From Patescibacteria group bacterium (lineage in GTDB: Bacteria; Patescibacteriota; Patescibacteriia; JAHIZJ01), in assembly GCA_018814765.1 (NCBI GenBank), contig JAHIZJ010000085.1:1-62560 (forward strand): 62,560 bases of DNA, given 5' to 3'. The position numbers and the translations under genes were made by a program. Below, piece after piece: positions 44,072 through 54,710 of the stretch. Under the pieces are notes generated by a model. That model worked only from the letters and a program-made list of their open reading frames with translations, did no database searches and was not told the DNA's origin. The first letter of the stretch is position 1. Each line of letters opens with the position of its first letter.

Positions 44072-45316
44072 TTGAGTAAACAGAATATGAAAGTTCAACC
44101 AACCCCTACTTCGCCAAAAGTTCGAAAAATGAAAGACATCGAGAATCTATATAATGATAAAGGATTAAGAGAGATTCACAAACCAGCCAGACGGAATGGA
44201 AAAGTATTTACAATTGTTTTGGCAATAATAATAGGAATATTTTCCGGCTTTTTCGGTGGCCTCTTTTTCTATTACTTTTTTGATGATAGTAACTCTGTTA
44301 ATGAGGATTTGCCGATCCAAATAAGCCGTCAATCACAGATTCAACCTGAGAAGCTTGAAGATTTATCAGAAAAGTATCAGCAGACATTGGTTGGCATTTA
44401 TCAGGAAAAAACAGATGTTTCTAGTACGAATCCCATAGCAGGGTTGTATTATCCCTGGGAACAGCTGACTACGGGACTCATTGTAACCAGCGATGGGTGG
44501 ATTGTTGTTCCAAAGTGGTCAATGACTGACTTGTCACAAGATTATTTAGCAGTAACCTCTGATGGAGACACGCATCCAATAGAAAAAATAATGGCTGATC
44601 CCGCTTTGCCTGTTTACTATCTAAAGATTGAAGACGCAAACTTGTCGGTTATTAAGTTTGCCAATTTAGATGATACAACCGTTGGTGAAGAAATATTTGT
44701 TATGCACAGAAATGCTGAGCTAAAAATGGTTGTTCTATCTTCATTCTTGGCTCAAAAAAATTATTTGGAAAAAACAAAAACCGCTGACTATATTGAATCA
44801 AGTGATGTCTATTCGTTAAAATATTTAATAAAAGATTCGCTCGCTCAAGATACGCAAGGAGCCATAGCAGTCAATACAAAAGGGGAGATAATCGGCCTAG
44901 TTTGTTCAGATGGCTGGCCCACTAACCAAATAATACCAGCAAATCAGATTGATACCGGATTAACCAGTCTTTTGAAAAACAGCGAAATAGTCCGTCCTAA
45001 GCTCGGTATACACTATATCGATCTGAGTCAGACTGTAAATATGTCTATACTGTTTTCTCAAGGCAAAGAGTCAGGTGCTTTGATACATGGTGACCGTGAA
45101 ATAAATCGCCCGGCGATTATATCAAACAGTATTGCAGAAACAGCGGGCCTTCTTAAAGGCGATATAATAAAAAAAGTAGATAATGTTAGTTTGGATAGAA
45201 ACACTCCATTCTCTGATTTATTATTAGCCTATGACTCAGGTGAAGAAATATCATTAGAAGTTCTTCGCGAAGGTAAGACAATTACAGTGGAACTAAAGCT
45301 GGACATAAATAAGTAA
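44072..45316 (+). CDS. HtrA-like trypsin-fold + PDZ protein, apparently lacking the catalytic triad
   Basis: TM anchor, trypsin-like core and a C-terminal PDZ domain (AETAGLLKGDIIKKVDNVSL). DTQGAIAVNTKGEIIGLV occupies the position where GNSGGPL is expected. The start is TTG; an alternative ATG lies at 44087. Confidence 0.55.
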   Translation: MSKQNMKVQPTPTSPKVRKMKDIENLYNDKGLREIHKPARRNGKVFTIVLAIIIGIFSGFFGGLFFYYFFDDSNSVNEDLPIQISRQSQIQPEKLEDLSEKYQQTLVGIYQEKTDVSSTNPIAGLYYPWEQLTTGLIVTSDGWIVVPKWSMTDLSQDYLAVTSDGDTHPIEKIMADPALPVYYLKIEDANLSVIKFANLDDTTVGEEIFVMHRNAELKMVVLSSFLAQKNYLEKTKTADYIESSDVYSLKYLIKDSLAQDTQGAIAVNTKGEIIGLVCSDGWPTNQIIPANQIDTGLTSLLKNSEIVRPKLGIHYIDLSQTVNMSILFSQGKESGALIHGDREINRPAIISNSIAETAGLLKGDIIKKVDNVSLDRNTPFSDLLLAYDSGEEISLEVLREGKTITVELKLDINK

Positions 45317-45326
45317 TCAAGCTTCT

Positions 45327-46049
45327 ATGTTGCTATCGTTAATAATTCCAGCCTATAATGAGTCGAAGCGTATCAGGAAGACACTGGAAGCGTATGTAAA
45401 AAAAACGTTCCCGGGAAAAAAAGAAATAATTGTCGTTTTAAATGGTTGTACTGATAATAGTCGAGAGGTTGTGGAGCAAGCGATAAAGGAGCTGGGTAAT
45501 GAGATAGTCCTTTATGAGATCAAAGAGGGTAGCAAGGGCAAGGCGGTTCGTTATGGATTTGAGCGAGCCCAGGGAGACATAGTTGGTTTTCTAGACGCTG
45601 ACGGTGCTACCAGCCCGGAAGAATTTGATAAGTTAGTCGATCAAATAGTCAAACATGGCGTTGACGGAGCCATTGCATCGCGTTGGTGCAAGGGTTCAAA
45701 GGTGATCGGCCGAACCTCAGTATTTCGTACAATTGCTAGTCAGGGATTTTATATTTTAACCAAAGCTTTATTTTGGATGCCTTTCCGTGATAGTCAATGT
45801 GGAGCTAAGTTATTTAAAAAAGAAGTTATCAAACGAATACTACCGAAACTTAAGGTTGAGAATATGGCGTTTGATGTTGAAATTCTTTATTTGATACATA
45901 GTGCTGGATTTAAAATTAGAGAAGTGCCAACTGTTTGGGTTGATCAAGCAAGTTCAGAGCAGTTCGCTTCTATGACAAAATTAGCCAGAGTTAGTTTAAG
46001 GATGTTTTTAACAATTATTGCATTAAGATTTAAACATTTATTTAAATAA
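45327..46049 (+). CDS. GT2 polyprenyl-phosphate glycosyltransferase-like (DPM/DPG synthase type)
   Basis: IIPAYNES, VLNGCTDNS and FLDADGAT (DxD) motifs. No TM tail. Confidence 0.7.
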   Translation: MLLSLIIPAYNESKRIRKTLEAYVKKTFPGKKEIIVVLNGCTDNSREVVEQAIKELGNEIVLYEIKEGSKGKAVRYGFERAQGDIVGFLDADGATSPEEFDKLVDQIVKHGVDGAIASRWCKGSKVIGRTSVFRTIASQGFYILTKALFWMPFRDSQCGAKLFKKEVIKRILPKLKVENMAFDVEILYLIHSAGFKIREVPTVWVDQASSEQFASMTKLARVSLRMFLTIIALRFKHLFK

Positions 46050-46050
46050 T

Positions 46051-47076
46051 ATGTCCGTTGCAGATCTCGTACAAAAGAAAAATATATTAATTACAGGAGG
46101 CGCTGGTTTTATTGGCAGCCACCTCTGTGATGTTTTAGTAAAAGAGGGAAATGTTATTTGTCTCGATAATTTTATCAGTAGTGATATAAGTAATATCCAG
46201 CATTTATTACAGCTACCAAATTTTGAGTTTATTAAGCATGATATTATCGAACCAGTTGATTTGGAGGCCTTACCAGGCCTGAAAAAGTTCAAGATTCCCT
46301 TTCATGGCATACATGAAATTTATCATTTAGCCTGTCCCACATCTCATTATGAAAAGCACGAACATCAAGTAGCCACAATATTAACGAGTGGTTTGGGTAC
46401 AAAGAATATACTGGACTTAGCTGTGAAGTATCGTTCACGCTTACTTTTTACATCCAGTTCGGCTGTCTATGGTTGGCCATCAGACAAAGAGGGTAAGGTA
46501 TATAAGGAGGGTGATTTAGGGGTCGTTGATCATTTGGGAGAGCGTAGCTGTTATGATGAAGGAAAAAGATATTCTGAGACATTGTTAAAGATATATCGTG
46601 ATCAACATGATATTGATGCACGCACAATGAGATTATTTCAGACTTATGGTCCGCGTATGAGCTTGGCAGACAATCGAATGATTCCTAGGCTAATTAATAA
46701 AGCGGTTACCGGTGAAAAAATGGTAGTCTATGCACAGCCTGATGACCAGACGTCTATTTGCTATATTTCTGATATTATTGAAGCCATTGATCGTATGATG
46801 AAGTCGAATCTTGTGGGGCCAATCAATATTGGTAACCCTTCGCCAGTCAGGCTTAGTGAGATCGCTGAAAAAATAAAGAAAGAATCAGGGACCCGGTCGG
46901 AGATTAGCTATGAAGAAGAGTCACCCTATACGCATCATCGGGGTGTACCGGATATAAATTTGGCAAAAAGTAAATTAGGCTGGTTTCCGGTTATTCCACT
47001 GGATGAAGGACTGAAAATGACTATTGATGATATGCGAGGTAGCCGTGTAATTGGTTTTGAAGATATTAAAATATAA
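46051..47076 (+). CDS. UDP-glucuronate decarboxylase (UDP-xylose synthase)-like SDR
   Basis: ITGGAGFIGSHLCD, LDNFISS, YHLACP, SSSAVYG, RSCYDEGKRYSE and FQTYGPRM follow the UXS/ArnA-C pattern. Confidence 0.75.
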   Translation: MSVADLVQKKNILITGGAGFIGSHLCDVLVKEGNVICLDNFISSDISNIQHLLQLPNFEFIKHDIIEPVDLEALPGLKKFKIPFHGIHEIYHLACPTSHYEKHEHQVATILTSGLGTKNILDLAVKYRSRLLFTSSSAVYGWPSDKEGKVYKEGDLGVVDHLGERSCYDEGKRYSETLLKIYRDQHDIDARTMRLFQTYGPRMSLADNRMIPRLINKAVTGEKMVVYAQPDDQTSICYISDIIEAIDRMMKSNLVGPINIGNPSPVRLSEIAEKIKKESGTRSEISYEEESPYTHHRGVPDINLAKSKLGWFPVIPLDEGLKMTIDDMRGSRVIGFEDIKI

Positions 47077-47094
47077 ATAATTAACAAAGAGAAC

Positions 47095-48282
47095 ATGGTG
47101 TTAAAAAACAAAGAAGAGCGTTTTATTTTTACGTCCGAGTCAGTGACTGAGGGACACCCTGATAAAGTGTGCGACCAGATATCAGATGCCATCTTAGACG
47201 AACTTATAAGGCAAGACCCTAACAGTCGGAGTGGCTGTGAAACTCTAGTTACGACTGGATTGGTCGTTGTGGCAGGAGAAATAAGGACAAAAGGATACGT
47301 GGATGTACAAAAAGTAGTAAGAAATACCATTCGTGAGATTGGATACAATGATCACTCTTACGGATTTCATTGGGAGGACTGTGGTGTAGTTGTTGCTATT
47401 GATGAGCAAAGCCCGGATATTGCCCAAGGTGTTGATTCAGGAAAGGGAAAATTCAAAGCCCAGGGGGCAGGGGACCAAGGACTGATGTTTGGTTATGCAA
47501 CCGATGAGACGCCTGAATACATGCCATTACCAATTATTATGGCACATAAAATGGCACGAAAGCTGGCCCAGGTTCGGAAGAGTGGTAAGTTGCCCTATCT
47601 TAGGCCGGATGGAAAAACTGAAGTAGCGATTGAATATGTTGATGGTAAGCCGAAACATTTAAATACTGTAGTTGTAGCAACACAGCACGATGAACAAGTG
47701 TCCCTGAAAAGGATTGAACGCGATATTCTCAAAACGGTTATCAGGCCGGTAGCGGGTAAATATATGAACAAGAAAACAAAAGTATTTGTTAACGCAACCG
47801 GAAAGTTTGTCAAAGGCGGACCCCCGGCCGATGCGGGATTGACGGGGCGTAAGATAATTGTTGATACATATGGTGGTCATGGTAGTCACGGAGGTGGTTG
47901 TTTTTCCGGTAAAGACCCTTCAAAAGTTGACCGCTCTGCCTCATATATGGCAAGATATATTGCTAAAAATGTTGTTGCGGCCGGATTAGCCAAAAAATGT
48001 GAGGTTCAGCTGGCTTATGTTATCGGTTTTGCAAATCCGATTAGTGTCATGGTTGATACAAAAGGCACTGGCCAGGTATCGAATAAACAGCTTGTCCAAG
48101 TAATCAGAAAGCATTTTAATCTGACTCCAGCCGGGATTATAAAGCACTTGAAACTGAAACGACCAATCTATAAAAAAACAGCTGCCTATGGTCATTTCGG
48201 TCGCAATGATTCCGACTTTACTTGGGAAAAAACCGATAAGGTCAAAGCCTTACGTACTTATCTAAAAACAAACAAAAATTAA
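47095..48282 (+). CDS. metK: S-adenosylmethionine synthetase
   Basis: [26 protein letters not shown] and the [16 protein letters not shown]-type signature. Confidence 0.95.
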   Translation: MVLKNKEERFIFTSESVTEGHPDKVCDQISDAILDELIRQDPNSRSGCETLVTTGLVVVAGEIRTKGYVDVQKVVRNTIREIGYNDHSYGFHWEDCGVVVAIDEQSPDIAQGVDSGKGKFKAQGAGDQGLMFGYATDETPEYMPLPIIMAHKMARKLAQVRKSGKLPYLRPDGKTEVAIEYVDGKPKHLNTVVVATQHDEQVSLKRIERDILKTVIRPVAGKYMNKKTKVFVNATGKFVKGGPPADAGLTGRKIIVDTYGGHGSHGGGCFSGKDPSKVDRSASYMARYIAKNVVAAGLAKKCEVQLAYVIGFANPISVMVDTKGTGQVSNKQLVQVIRKHFNLTPAGIIKHLKLKRPIYKKTAAYGHFGRNDSDFTWEKTDKVKALRTYLKTNKN

Positions 48283-48320
48283 TATCTTAAAAAAGACTTA
48301 ATAATTAATTAGTATTAGAA

Positions 48321-49604
48321 ATGAAGATATCGGTTATTGGAACCGGTTATGTCGGTTTAGTTACAGGTACCTGTTTATCTGAAATTGGCTATCAGGTTAT
48401 ATGCCTTGATATTGACGAGGAAAAAATAACGAGGCTCAAAGAAGGCATTATACCAATCTACGAACCACAGCTAAAAGAGCTGGTGATTAAAAACCAAGAA
48501 GCTGGACGATTAAGCTTTACCACTAGTTACGCGGAAGCAATTAATGACAGCGCTGTGGTTTTTATTGCCGTAGGTACTCCCGCGCGTGAAGATGGTCATG
48601 CAGATCTAAGCTATGTTTTTCAAGCTGCTGAGTCGATTGCTCAAGAGATGAAAGACTACAAGGTTATTGTTGATAAAAGCACAGTACCTGTTGGTACGGG
48701 AGAAAAAGTTAAGAGCATAATTCAGAAACATTATTCTGGTTCATTTGATGTGGTTTCCTGTCCCGAGTTTTTACGCGAGGGTTCCGCGATTGAGGACTTT
48801 ATGAAACCTGATCGTATAGTTGTCGGGGCACAATCAACCAAGGCAGTAGATATAATGTTTGACATTTTCAAACCGATTGAAACTGAAAAGATTTCTACTA
48901 ACCTGGCCAGCGCTGAATTGATAAAATATGCTTCAAATGCATTTTTGGCAACCAAAATAAGTTTTATCAATGAAATCTCAAACATCTGTGATTTGGTTGG
49001 TGCCAATGTTGGTGAAGTTGCTTATGGTATGGGTCTGGACCAAAGGATTGGCTCCAGCTTTTTACGTGCAGGCGTGGGTTACGGAGGAAGCTGTTTTCCA
49101 AAGGATGTCAGTGCTCTTAAACAGATGGCTGGCCACAATGGCTATGATTTTAAGCTGTTAAAAGCGGTTATTGAAGTAAACAATGATCAGAGGGCAGTAG
49201 TGATAAAGAAGGCCAAAGAAGCCCTTAAATCGTTGAAAGGAAAAAACATAGGAATACTAGGGTTGGCTTTTAAAGACAATACAGATGATGTGAGAGAATC
49301 AGCAGCTATAGACATCATCAACTTACTTCAGAAAGAGAAAGCGCAAATTACAGCTTATGATCCTATTGCAACAAAAAATGCGGAGAAGCTTATCTCGGGT
49401 ATTGAGTTTTCTGATTCGGCTTATGCAGCATGCCATGATAAAGACTTAGTAATAATTGCTACAGAATGGCCTGATTTTAAGGAGCTTGATTGGGAGAAAA
49501 TCAAGGATAAAATGCGTAATCCTTGTGTGGTTGACGGACGCAATCTTTTAGACCAGAATAAGATGAGGGAAATAGGCTTCCAGTATCTAAGCATTGGGCG
49601 ATAA
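48321..49604 (+). CDS. ugd: UDP-glucose 6-dehydrogenase
   Basis: VIGTGYVGLVTG Rossmann fold, catalytic GGSCFPKD and a C-terminal UDP-binding domain. Confidence 0.92.
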   Translation: MKISVIGTGYVGLVTGTCLSEIGYQVICLDIDEEKITRLKEGIIPIYEPQLKELVIKNQEAGRLSFTTSYAEAINDSAVVFIAVGTPAREDGHADLSYVFQAAESIAQEMKDYKVIVDKSTVPVGTGEKVKSIIQKHYSGSFDVVSCPEFLREGSAIEDFMKPDRIVVGAQSTKAVDIMFDIFKPIETEKISTNLASAELIKYASNAFLATKISFINEISNICDLVGANVGEVAYGMGLDQRIGSSFLRAGVGYGGSCFPKDVSALKQMAGHNGYDFKLLKAVIEVNNDQRAVVIKKAKEALKSLKGKNIGILGLAFKDNTDDVRESAAIDIINLLQKEKAQITAYDPIATKNAEKLISGIEFSDSAYAACHDKDLVIIATEWPDFKELDWEKIKDKMRNPCVVDGRNLLDQNKMREIGFQYLSIGR

Positions 49605-49620
49605 TAGGCTAATATTAGTT

Positions 49621-50568
49621 ATGAAACTATTTGTAACAATACCAGCCTTCAATGAGGCGGAAAATATTGAACGGGTAATTAGGGAAATACCCAGAAATAT
49701 ACCGGGTGTTGAAAGTGTATCTGTGTTGGTTGTGGACGACGGATCCTCGGACCAAACTGTCGAATGCGCTAGGTCGGCCGGGGCTGATTTTGTTATTTCA
49801 AACGGAACAAACAAAGGGTTGGCATATACCTTTCAAAGACTAATTCGTGAATCCTTGATCAGAGGCGCAGACATTATTGTTAACACTGATGGTGACAATC
49901 ATTATAATCAGTCTCGTATCCCAGACCTGATACAACCAATCCTAGAGAGTAAGGCCGATATTGTCATTGGTGATCGTGAGGTTAGGCAATTAGAATATAT
50001 GCCAGCCGCAAATAAGTACTTAAATCTGCTAGGTAGTTTTTTTGTATCTAGAATGATTGGACTAAAAAAAACGCTAGATGTTTCATCGGGCTTTCGAGCC
50101 TATACTCGTGAAGCGGCTCTTAGAATTTCTATCTTATCAAAACACACATATACTCATGAGACTTTAATTCAGGCGCTTGATCATAATCTCACGATAGCAT
50201 CGGTTCCGATAAAAGCACGCAAAGTAAACAGAAAATCACGACTGATTTCCAACATACCGAAACATTTAGTTAAGTCTTTAGTTGTAATTTTTAGAGTCTT
50301 TACCATTTATAAACCATTAAGAGTGATGTCGGGCTTAGGGCTGCTAATATTTTTACCGGGACTAGTGCTGATTTTCCGCTTTTTGTATTTCTACTTTTTC
50401 ACAGCTCGTGGCGGTGAGGGACATATCCAATCATTGATAATAGCAGCGATATTGATTCTACTTGGATTCCAAATATTTGTTTTGGGATTAATTGCCTCAG
50501 CTATTGGCTGGAACAGGAAGATGCAGGAAGAAATTTTGTATCACCAAAAGAAGGAATTATTGAAATAA
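49621..50568 (+). CDS. GT2 glycosyltransferase with C-terminal TM hairpin (GtrB/ArnC-like)
   Basis: TIPAFNEAENI, VVDDGSSD and NTDGDNHY (DxD-type) motifs plus two C-terminal TM segments. I prefer the ATG at 49621 over the TTG at 49594. Confidence 0.75.
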   Translation: MKLFVTIPAFNEAENIERVIREIPRNIPGVESVSVLVVDDGSSDQTVECARSAGADFVISNGTNKGLAYTFQRLIRESLIRGADIIVNTDGDNHYNQSRIPDLIQPILESKADIVIGDREVRQLEYMPAANKYLNLLGSFFVSRMIGLKKTLDVSSGFRAYTREAALRISILSKHTYTHETLIQALDHNLTIASVPIKARKVNRKSRLISNIPKHLVKSLVVIFRVFTIYKPLRVMSGLGLLIFLPGLVLIFRFLYFYFFTARGGEGHIQSLIIAAILILLGFQIFVLGLIASAIGWNRKMQEEILYHQKKELLK

Positions 50569-51632
50569 TGACTGTTCTGTTTATTACCAGAAAATATCCG
50601 CCTCAGGTAGGTGGGATGGAAAGATTTAGCTTTGAGCTCTTCCGTCATCTTAATATCGATAAACGGTTAGTGGCTCACTCACAAGGGTCTCGTTTAGCAA
50701 TTATTTGGATTGCGCCATCTCTTCTGATTCGTGGATTACTACAAGCTCCAGGCAGTGACATAATATATATTGCAGATGGAGTATTGGCTCCAATTGGCTG
50801 GTTGATTGGGCTAATTACTCGGAAGCCGGTGGTTGTAACAATCCATGGCTTAGAGTTAACATACCAGATGCCCCTATTTAAGAAGGTTATGGTTTATTTT
50901 TATCGAAACCTAAATCATATTATTACTGTAAGCGAAAATAGTCGCCAGCTAGCCGTTAAGCTGGGAATACAACCTAATCGTGTGAGTGTGATACCTAATG
51001 GGGTGTCAATTTCAGAGAATACAAAGAAGTTTGAGCGTAGCGACCTTACAAATAGAATTGGTCTAAATACTGATAATCAATTTGTTTTATTATCGATGGG
51101 AAGATTAGTAAAACGAAAAGGAATTAAATGGTTTATAAATGAGGTATGTCCTCAAATGAAAAATAACTGGCTATATGTTATCGCTGGAGCAGGGCCCGAA
51201 GAAGAACAGATTAAGAAGGCTATTTCTGAAACTGATTTGGGCGATAGAATAATTATGCTGGGTAGAGTATCTGAGGAGGATAAAGAGTTGCTACTTCAAA
51301 CCTCTGACTGTTTTGTTATGCCAAACATTCCGGTTTCTGGTGATGTCGAAGGCTTTGGTATAACTGCGATTGAAGCAGCAGCTCATGGTTTACCTGTAGT
51401 TGCATCACGTTTAGAAGGTTTAAATGATGCTATTATTGATAGCTATAATGGATACTTAGTTAAGCATGGTAAACCGGAAGCGTTTATGAAAAAAATATCA
51501 GATTTAGCGGATTGTAAAAATTTACATACCATTTCTGACAAGATTGCCACCTATACAAAAAAATATTACAATTGGAAATACATCAGCCACCTTTATATAG
51601 AAGAGTTTAAAAAGCTTCTACCGCATGTATAG
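50568..51632 (+). CDS. GT4-family glycosyltransferase
   Basis: The N-terminal PPQVGGMERF motif and a C-terminal EGFGITAIEAAAHGLPVVAS. The start overlaps the upstream stop (TAATG). Confidence 0.75.
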   Translation: MTVLFITRKYPPQVGGMERFSFELFRHLNIDKRLVAHSQGSRLAIIWIAPSLLIRGLLQAPGSDIIYIADGVLAPIGWLIGLITRKPVVVTIHGLELTYQMPLFKKVMVYFYRNLNHIITVSENSRQLAVKLGIQPNRVSVIPNGVSISENTKKFERSDLTNRIGLNTDNQFVLLSMGRLVKRKGIKWFINEVCPQMKNNWLYVIAGAGPEEEQIKKAISETDLGDRIIMLGRVSEEDKELLLQTSDCFVMPNIPVSGDVEGFGITAIEAAAHGLPVVASRLEGLNDAIIDSYNGYLVKHGKPEAFMKKISDLADCKNLHTISDKIATYTKKYYNWKYISHLYIEEFKKLLPHV

Positions 51633-53604
51633 GATAACGATTGAGTCAATACTATTAGTTTTAGGAGTAATAACGGCAATCTTAATTGCCCTTTTTGTAG
51701 GACTAGGATTGTTTGGCCAATTTAGCAATAACATCATGCTTACAATTTGGGTCATAATAGTCATTTTATTGCTTTATTGGTTGGTGGCAAATCGAAAAAA
51801 GCTTATATTCGATATTCGAAGACAAGGTGTCGCAATTTTAGTATTGGTTATTCTCTTTTGTGTTTTTAGTGGCTATTTCCATCATGATATACCGCGGGGT
51901 CGTGATGATATGGCCTATATTTCAGCAGCCGCTAAAATATCTGAATCAGGCTCGCTATCTTTTGAAGATATTATTTCCCGTCCATACCACCCTTTCAGAT
52001 CAATTGAAGGAGACGAATTCACCTCCCAATTTTTACCGGGTTATAGTGTATTTTTAGCATCGTTTTATAGTTTTGGGGGTTTGACTGGTTTGCAGGTCGG
52101 AAATACATTGCTTTTATTTCTGACTTTAATTTCTATATATTTTATCGTAAAAAACCTGACTAATAATAAAACCGCTTTTATAACGGTTGTCTTATACTCG
52201 ACTCTTTATACGACACTTTGGTTCTCCCGGCGGACAAACTCGGAAAATCTCCTTATTGCGCTACTATTGTTAAGTGGTTGGTTGATAATCCGAGGTTTGA
52301 AAAAAAAGCAAGCTGGATACTTTGCTATCAGCGCTTTTGTCGCAAGCCTAACAATACTGGTGCGGGGCGAGGGATTGGTTTATGCTGGTCTAGGTTTACT
52401 GTTGAATCTATTTTTTACTTTGAAATATTGGCCACGGACTTGGAGGATGGCATTGGCGACAATAATATTTTTTATCGCAGCGGTTATCAGTGGACTCTTG
52501 CTACTGCAATATGGACGTATATTCGGAGGCGATTATATCGAGTATGCGCTTGTTAACATGACCAGTGCACTTAGCTATCTTTGGCGATTCAAGTTAGTTT
52601 TTCTTGGAATTGCCGTTTTTACCATTGCTGGCTTGTGGTTGCGTCGCGCCTTCCGTCTTGCCCAAAAACCAATTTTACTCCGGCCGTATATAATCAGCGG
52701 AGTGGTTGCAATATTCTTATTAGCTGAACTGGCCGTTTGGCTCTATTCTCAAAATAACGATATCGTTCGGTGGCGATATTATAAGATTCAATATGTCATC
52801 AATAATCTATGGGCCTACATGCTGTTTCCATATTTTGCCGTGATATGCTGGGGCTTTTTAAAAAATGCTTTTCGTAAGGAAATATTCATTATCACCTTAT
52901 TGTTTATTCCCTCGTTTATTTTTCTGATCGAGCCGTCTATTGCTGTCGATCAGCCGTGGTTTATGAGACGATTTTATGGAGGGTTCATACCAATTATGAT
53001 AATATTCGCTGGCATAGCAATTGGTAAGATTATTGAAGGGAAAAAATATGCATTTAATTTGATTATCCTATTGTTAGTTTTGAATATGTCGGTTTCCTTG
53101 CCATTGCTATTCTTCAAAGATAATAATGGCGTGGGAAAAGACTTAGATGAGTTTGCGCAAAAATATACGAAAGATGATCTGATAATTTTAGAACCAGGTT
53201 GGCATTGGCAGCAATGGGGTTACGCCTGGCATTATTTAAACGATTTGACTGTTTTGCCAAATGTCGACGGCTTTACAGTCGAGGAATTCACGAAGCTGGT
53301 TAACGATTATCAAAACGTCTACATTGTCAGCTCGCAGAAAGATGATCCTTATATACTATTCGATCAGTCAGATCTTGAGTATTTATATGATTATTCTTTG
53401 CGCTACCAAAAGTTAATACCAACCGCCTGGGCAAATGATTATGTTGAAGATAATAAGGATGATTTATCATTAGCCACCTTGAAGCGTGCTTGGTCCGGCA
53501 CACCACCGAGAACCTTTGAAGACGTTAGGCAGACGCTGTATGTGTTTCGTTTAAAGCAGAAGAATATTCTTACGGATCGTTTTTCACAAATTCCAAATTA
53601 TTAA
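51625..53604 (+). CDS. GT-C-type (ArnT/PMT-like) polytopic membrane glycosyltransferase
   Basis: At least 12 TM segments, a first-loop acidic motif (PRGRDDMAYISAA) and a C-terminal soluble domain. Confidence 0.6.
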   Translation: MYRITIESILLVLGVITAILIALFVGLGLFGQFSNNIMLTIWVIIVILLLYWLVANRKKLIFDIRRQGVAILVLVILFCVFSGYFHHDIPRGRDDMAYISAAAKISESGSLSFEDIISRPYHPFRSIEGDEFTSQFLPGYSVFLASFYSFGGLTGLQVGNTLLLFLTLISIYFIVKNLTNNKTAFITVVLYSTLYTTLWFSRRTNSENLLIALLLLSGWLIIRGLKKKQAGYFAISAFVASLTILVRGEGLVYAGLGLLLNLFFTLKYWPRTWRMALATIIFFIAAVISGLLLLQYGRIFGGDYIEYALVNMTSALSYLWRFKLVFLGIAVFTIAGLWLRRAFRLAQKPILLRPYIISGVVAIFLLAELAVWLYSQNNDIVRWRYYKIQYVINNLWAYMLFPYFAVICWGFLKNAFRKEIFIITLLFIPSFIFLIEPSIAVDQPWFMRRFYGGFIPIMIIFAGIAIGKIIEGKKYAFNLIILLLVLNMSVSLPLLFFKDNNGVGKDLDEFAQKYTKDDLIILEPGWHWQQWGYAWHYLNDLTVLPNVDGFTVEEFTKLVNDYQNVYIVSSQKDDPYILFDQSDLEYLYDYSLRYQKLIPTAWANDYVEDNKDDLSLATLKRAWSGTPPRTFEDVRQTLYVFRLKQKNILTDRFSQIPNY

Positions 53605-53612
53605 ATATTGCT

Positions 53613-54710
53613 ATGCGCATAGCCGTTATTAATGAACTCTATGGTACGAAACGCCAAGGCGGTGAGCAGGAGGCGATTCACGAGCTAACCATTCGGCTGC
53701 GAGAGGAAAGCAGGACCTATGTGGATGTGTTTACTTATTGTGGTGTTCGGGATACAAAAAAGATCAAATCGGCCTGGCCGATGTATTTTCGATTATTGCC
53801 ATTTTTTCGGGAGTTATTTGTTATGCCAGGTATCGGAAAAAGTCTTACGGCCCAGCTGGCTGGTAATTATGATATCGTTATCACCTCATCGCCAATACTA
53901 TTCTATCGCTCAGCGCCTGAAATACCACTCGTTTTTGTATGTCACGCTATCCGTTCCCAAAAAGCTGAAAAACTATCACAACAGTCAATAATTTATAAAC
54001 TACTTTTTAACTATTATGTAAGGAAAAGACTTCGAGACTTAGAGGCCAAAGCGTTTGTTGGGGCAAAAAAAATTGTTGTATTACATAAACGAGCTAAGGA
54101 TTATCTTGTTGAAAAACTTTTGGTATCAGAAGAAAAAATAGCCATACTGCCGAACGCTGTCGATGCCGATCTGTTTCGTCCTCAATTAAAGAAAAAGGAT
54201 TACGTGCTGTTTGTCGGACGCGCCACTTTCATGAAGGGGTTTGATAGGTTGACTGTATTGGCACCAAAAATCAAAGCACCTATTGTGGTTGTGACAAAGA
54301 TTATATCTTCGAAGACAAGAAAAGCAGCTGAAACGGTTGGCATCGAAATAAGAAATGACATTCCCCACGACCAAATCAATACTCTCTATAATCAAGCTAT
54401 TTGTTTTGTCCTACCAAGCAGAGATGAAGAGATGCCATTGACAGTATTAGAGGCGATGTCTTCTGGCTTACCGGTCGTTGCTACAGAGGAGGGCGGCGCA
54501 GGACTGATAAAGCATAATGAAAATGGTTATTTGTTTAAAGGTGATAGCCCAGATGAACTGGCGAAATACGTAAACAGAATTATCGACAACCCGAATTTAA
54601 TTACGAAGCTTGGTCAAAAAGGTCGATCTGAAGTAATACAAAAACACTCCCGAGGAGCATATATGAGCAGTCTCAAGAAAATATTATTAATAGCGACCAG
54701 TCAGAGATAG
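53613..54710 (+). CDS. GT4-family glycosyltransferase
   Basis: C-terminal EEMPLTVLEAMSSGLPVVATEEGG motif; GT-B length. Confidence 0.75.
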   Translation: MRIAVINELYGTKRQGGEQEAIHELTIRLREESRTYVDVFTYCGVRDTKKIKSAWPMYFRLLPFFRELFVMPGIGKSLTAQLAGNYDIVITSSPILFYRSAPEIPLVFVCHAIRSQKAEKLSQQSIIYKLLFNYYVRKRLRDLEAKAFVGAKKIVVLHKRAKDYLVEKLLVSEEKIAILPNAVDADLFRPQLKKKDYVLFVGRATFMKGFDRLTVLAPKIKAPIVVVTKIISSKTRKAAETVGIEIRNDIPHDQINTLYNQAICFVLPSRDEEMPLTVLEAMSSGLPVVATEEGGAGLIKHNENGYLFKGDSPDELAKYVNRIIDNPNLITKLGQKGRSEVIQKHSRGAYMSSLKKILLIATSQR

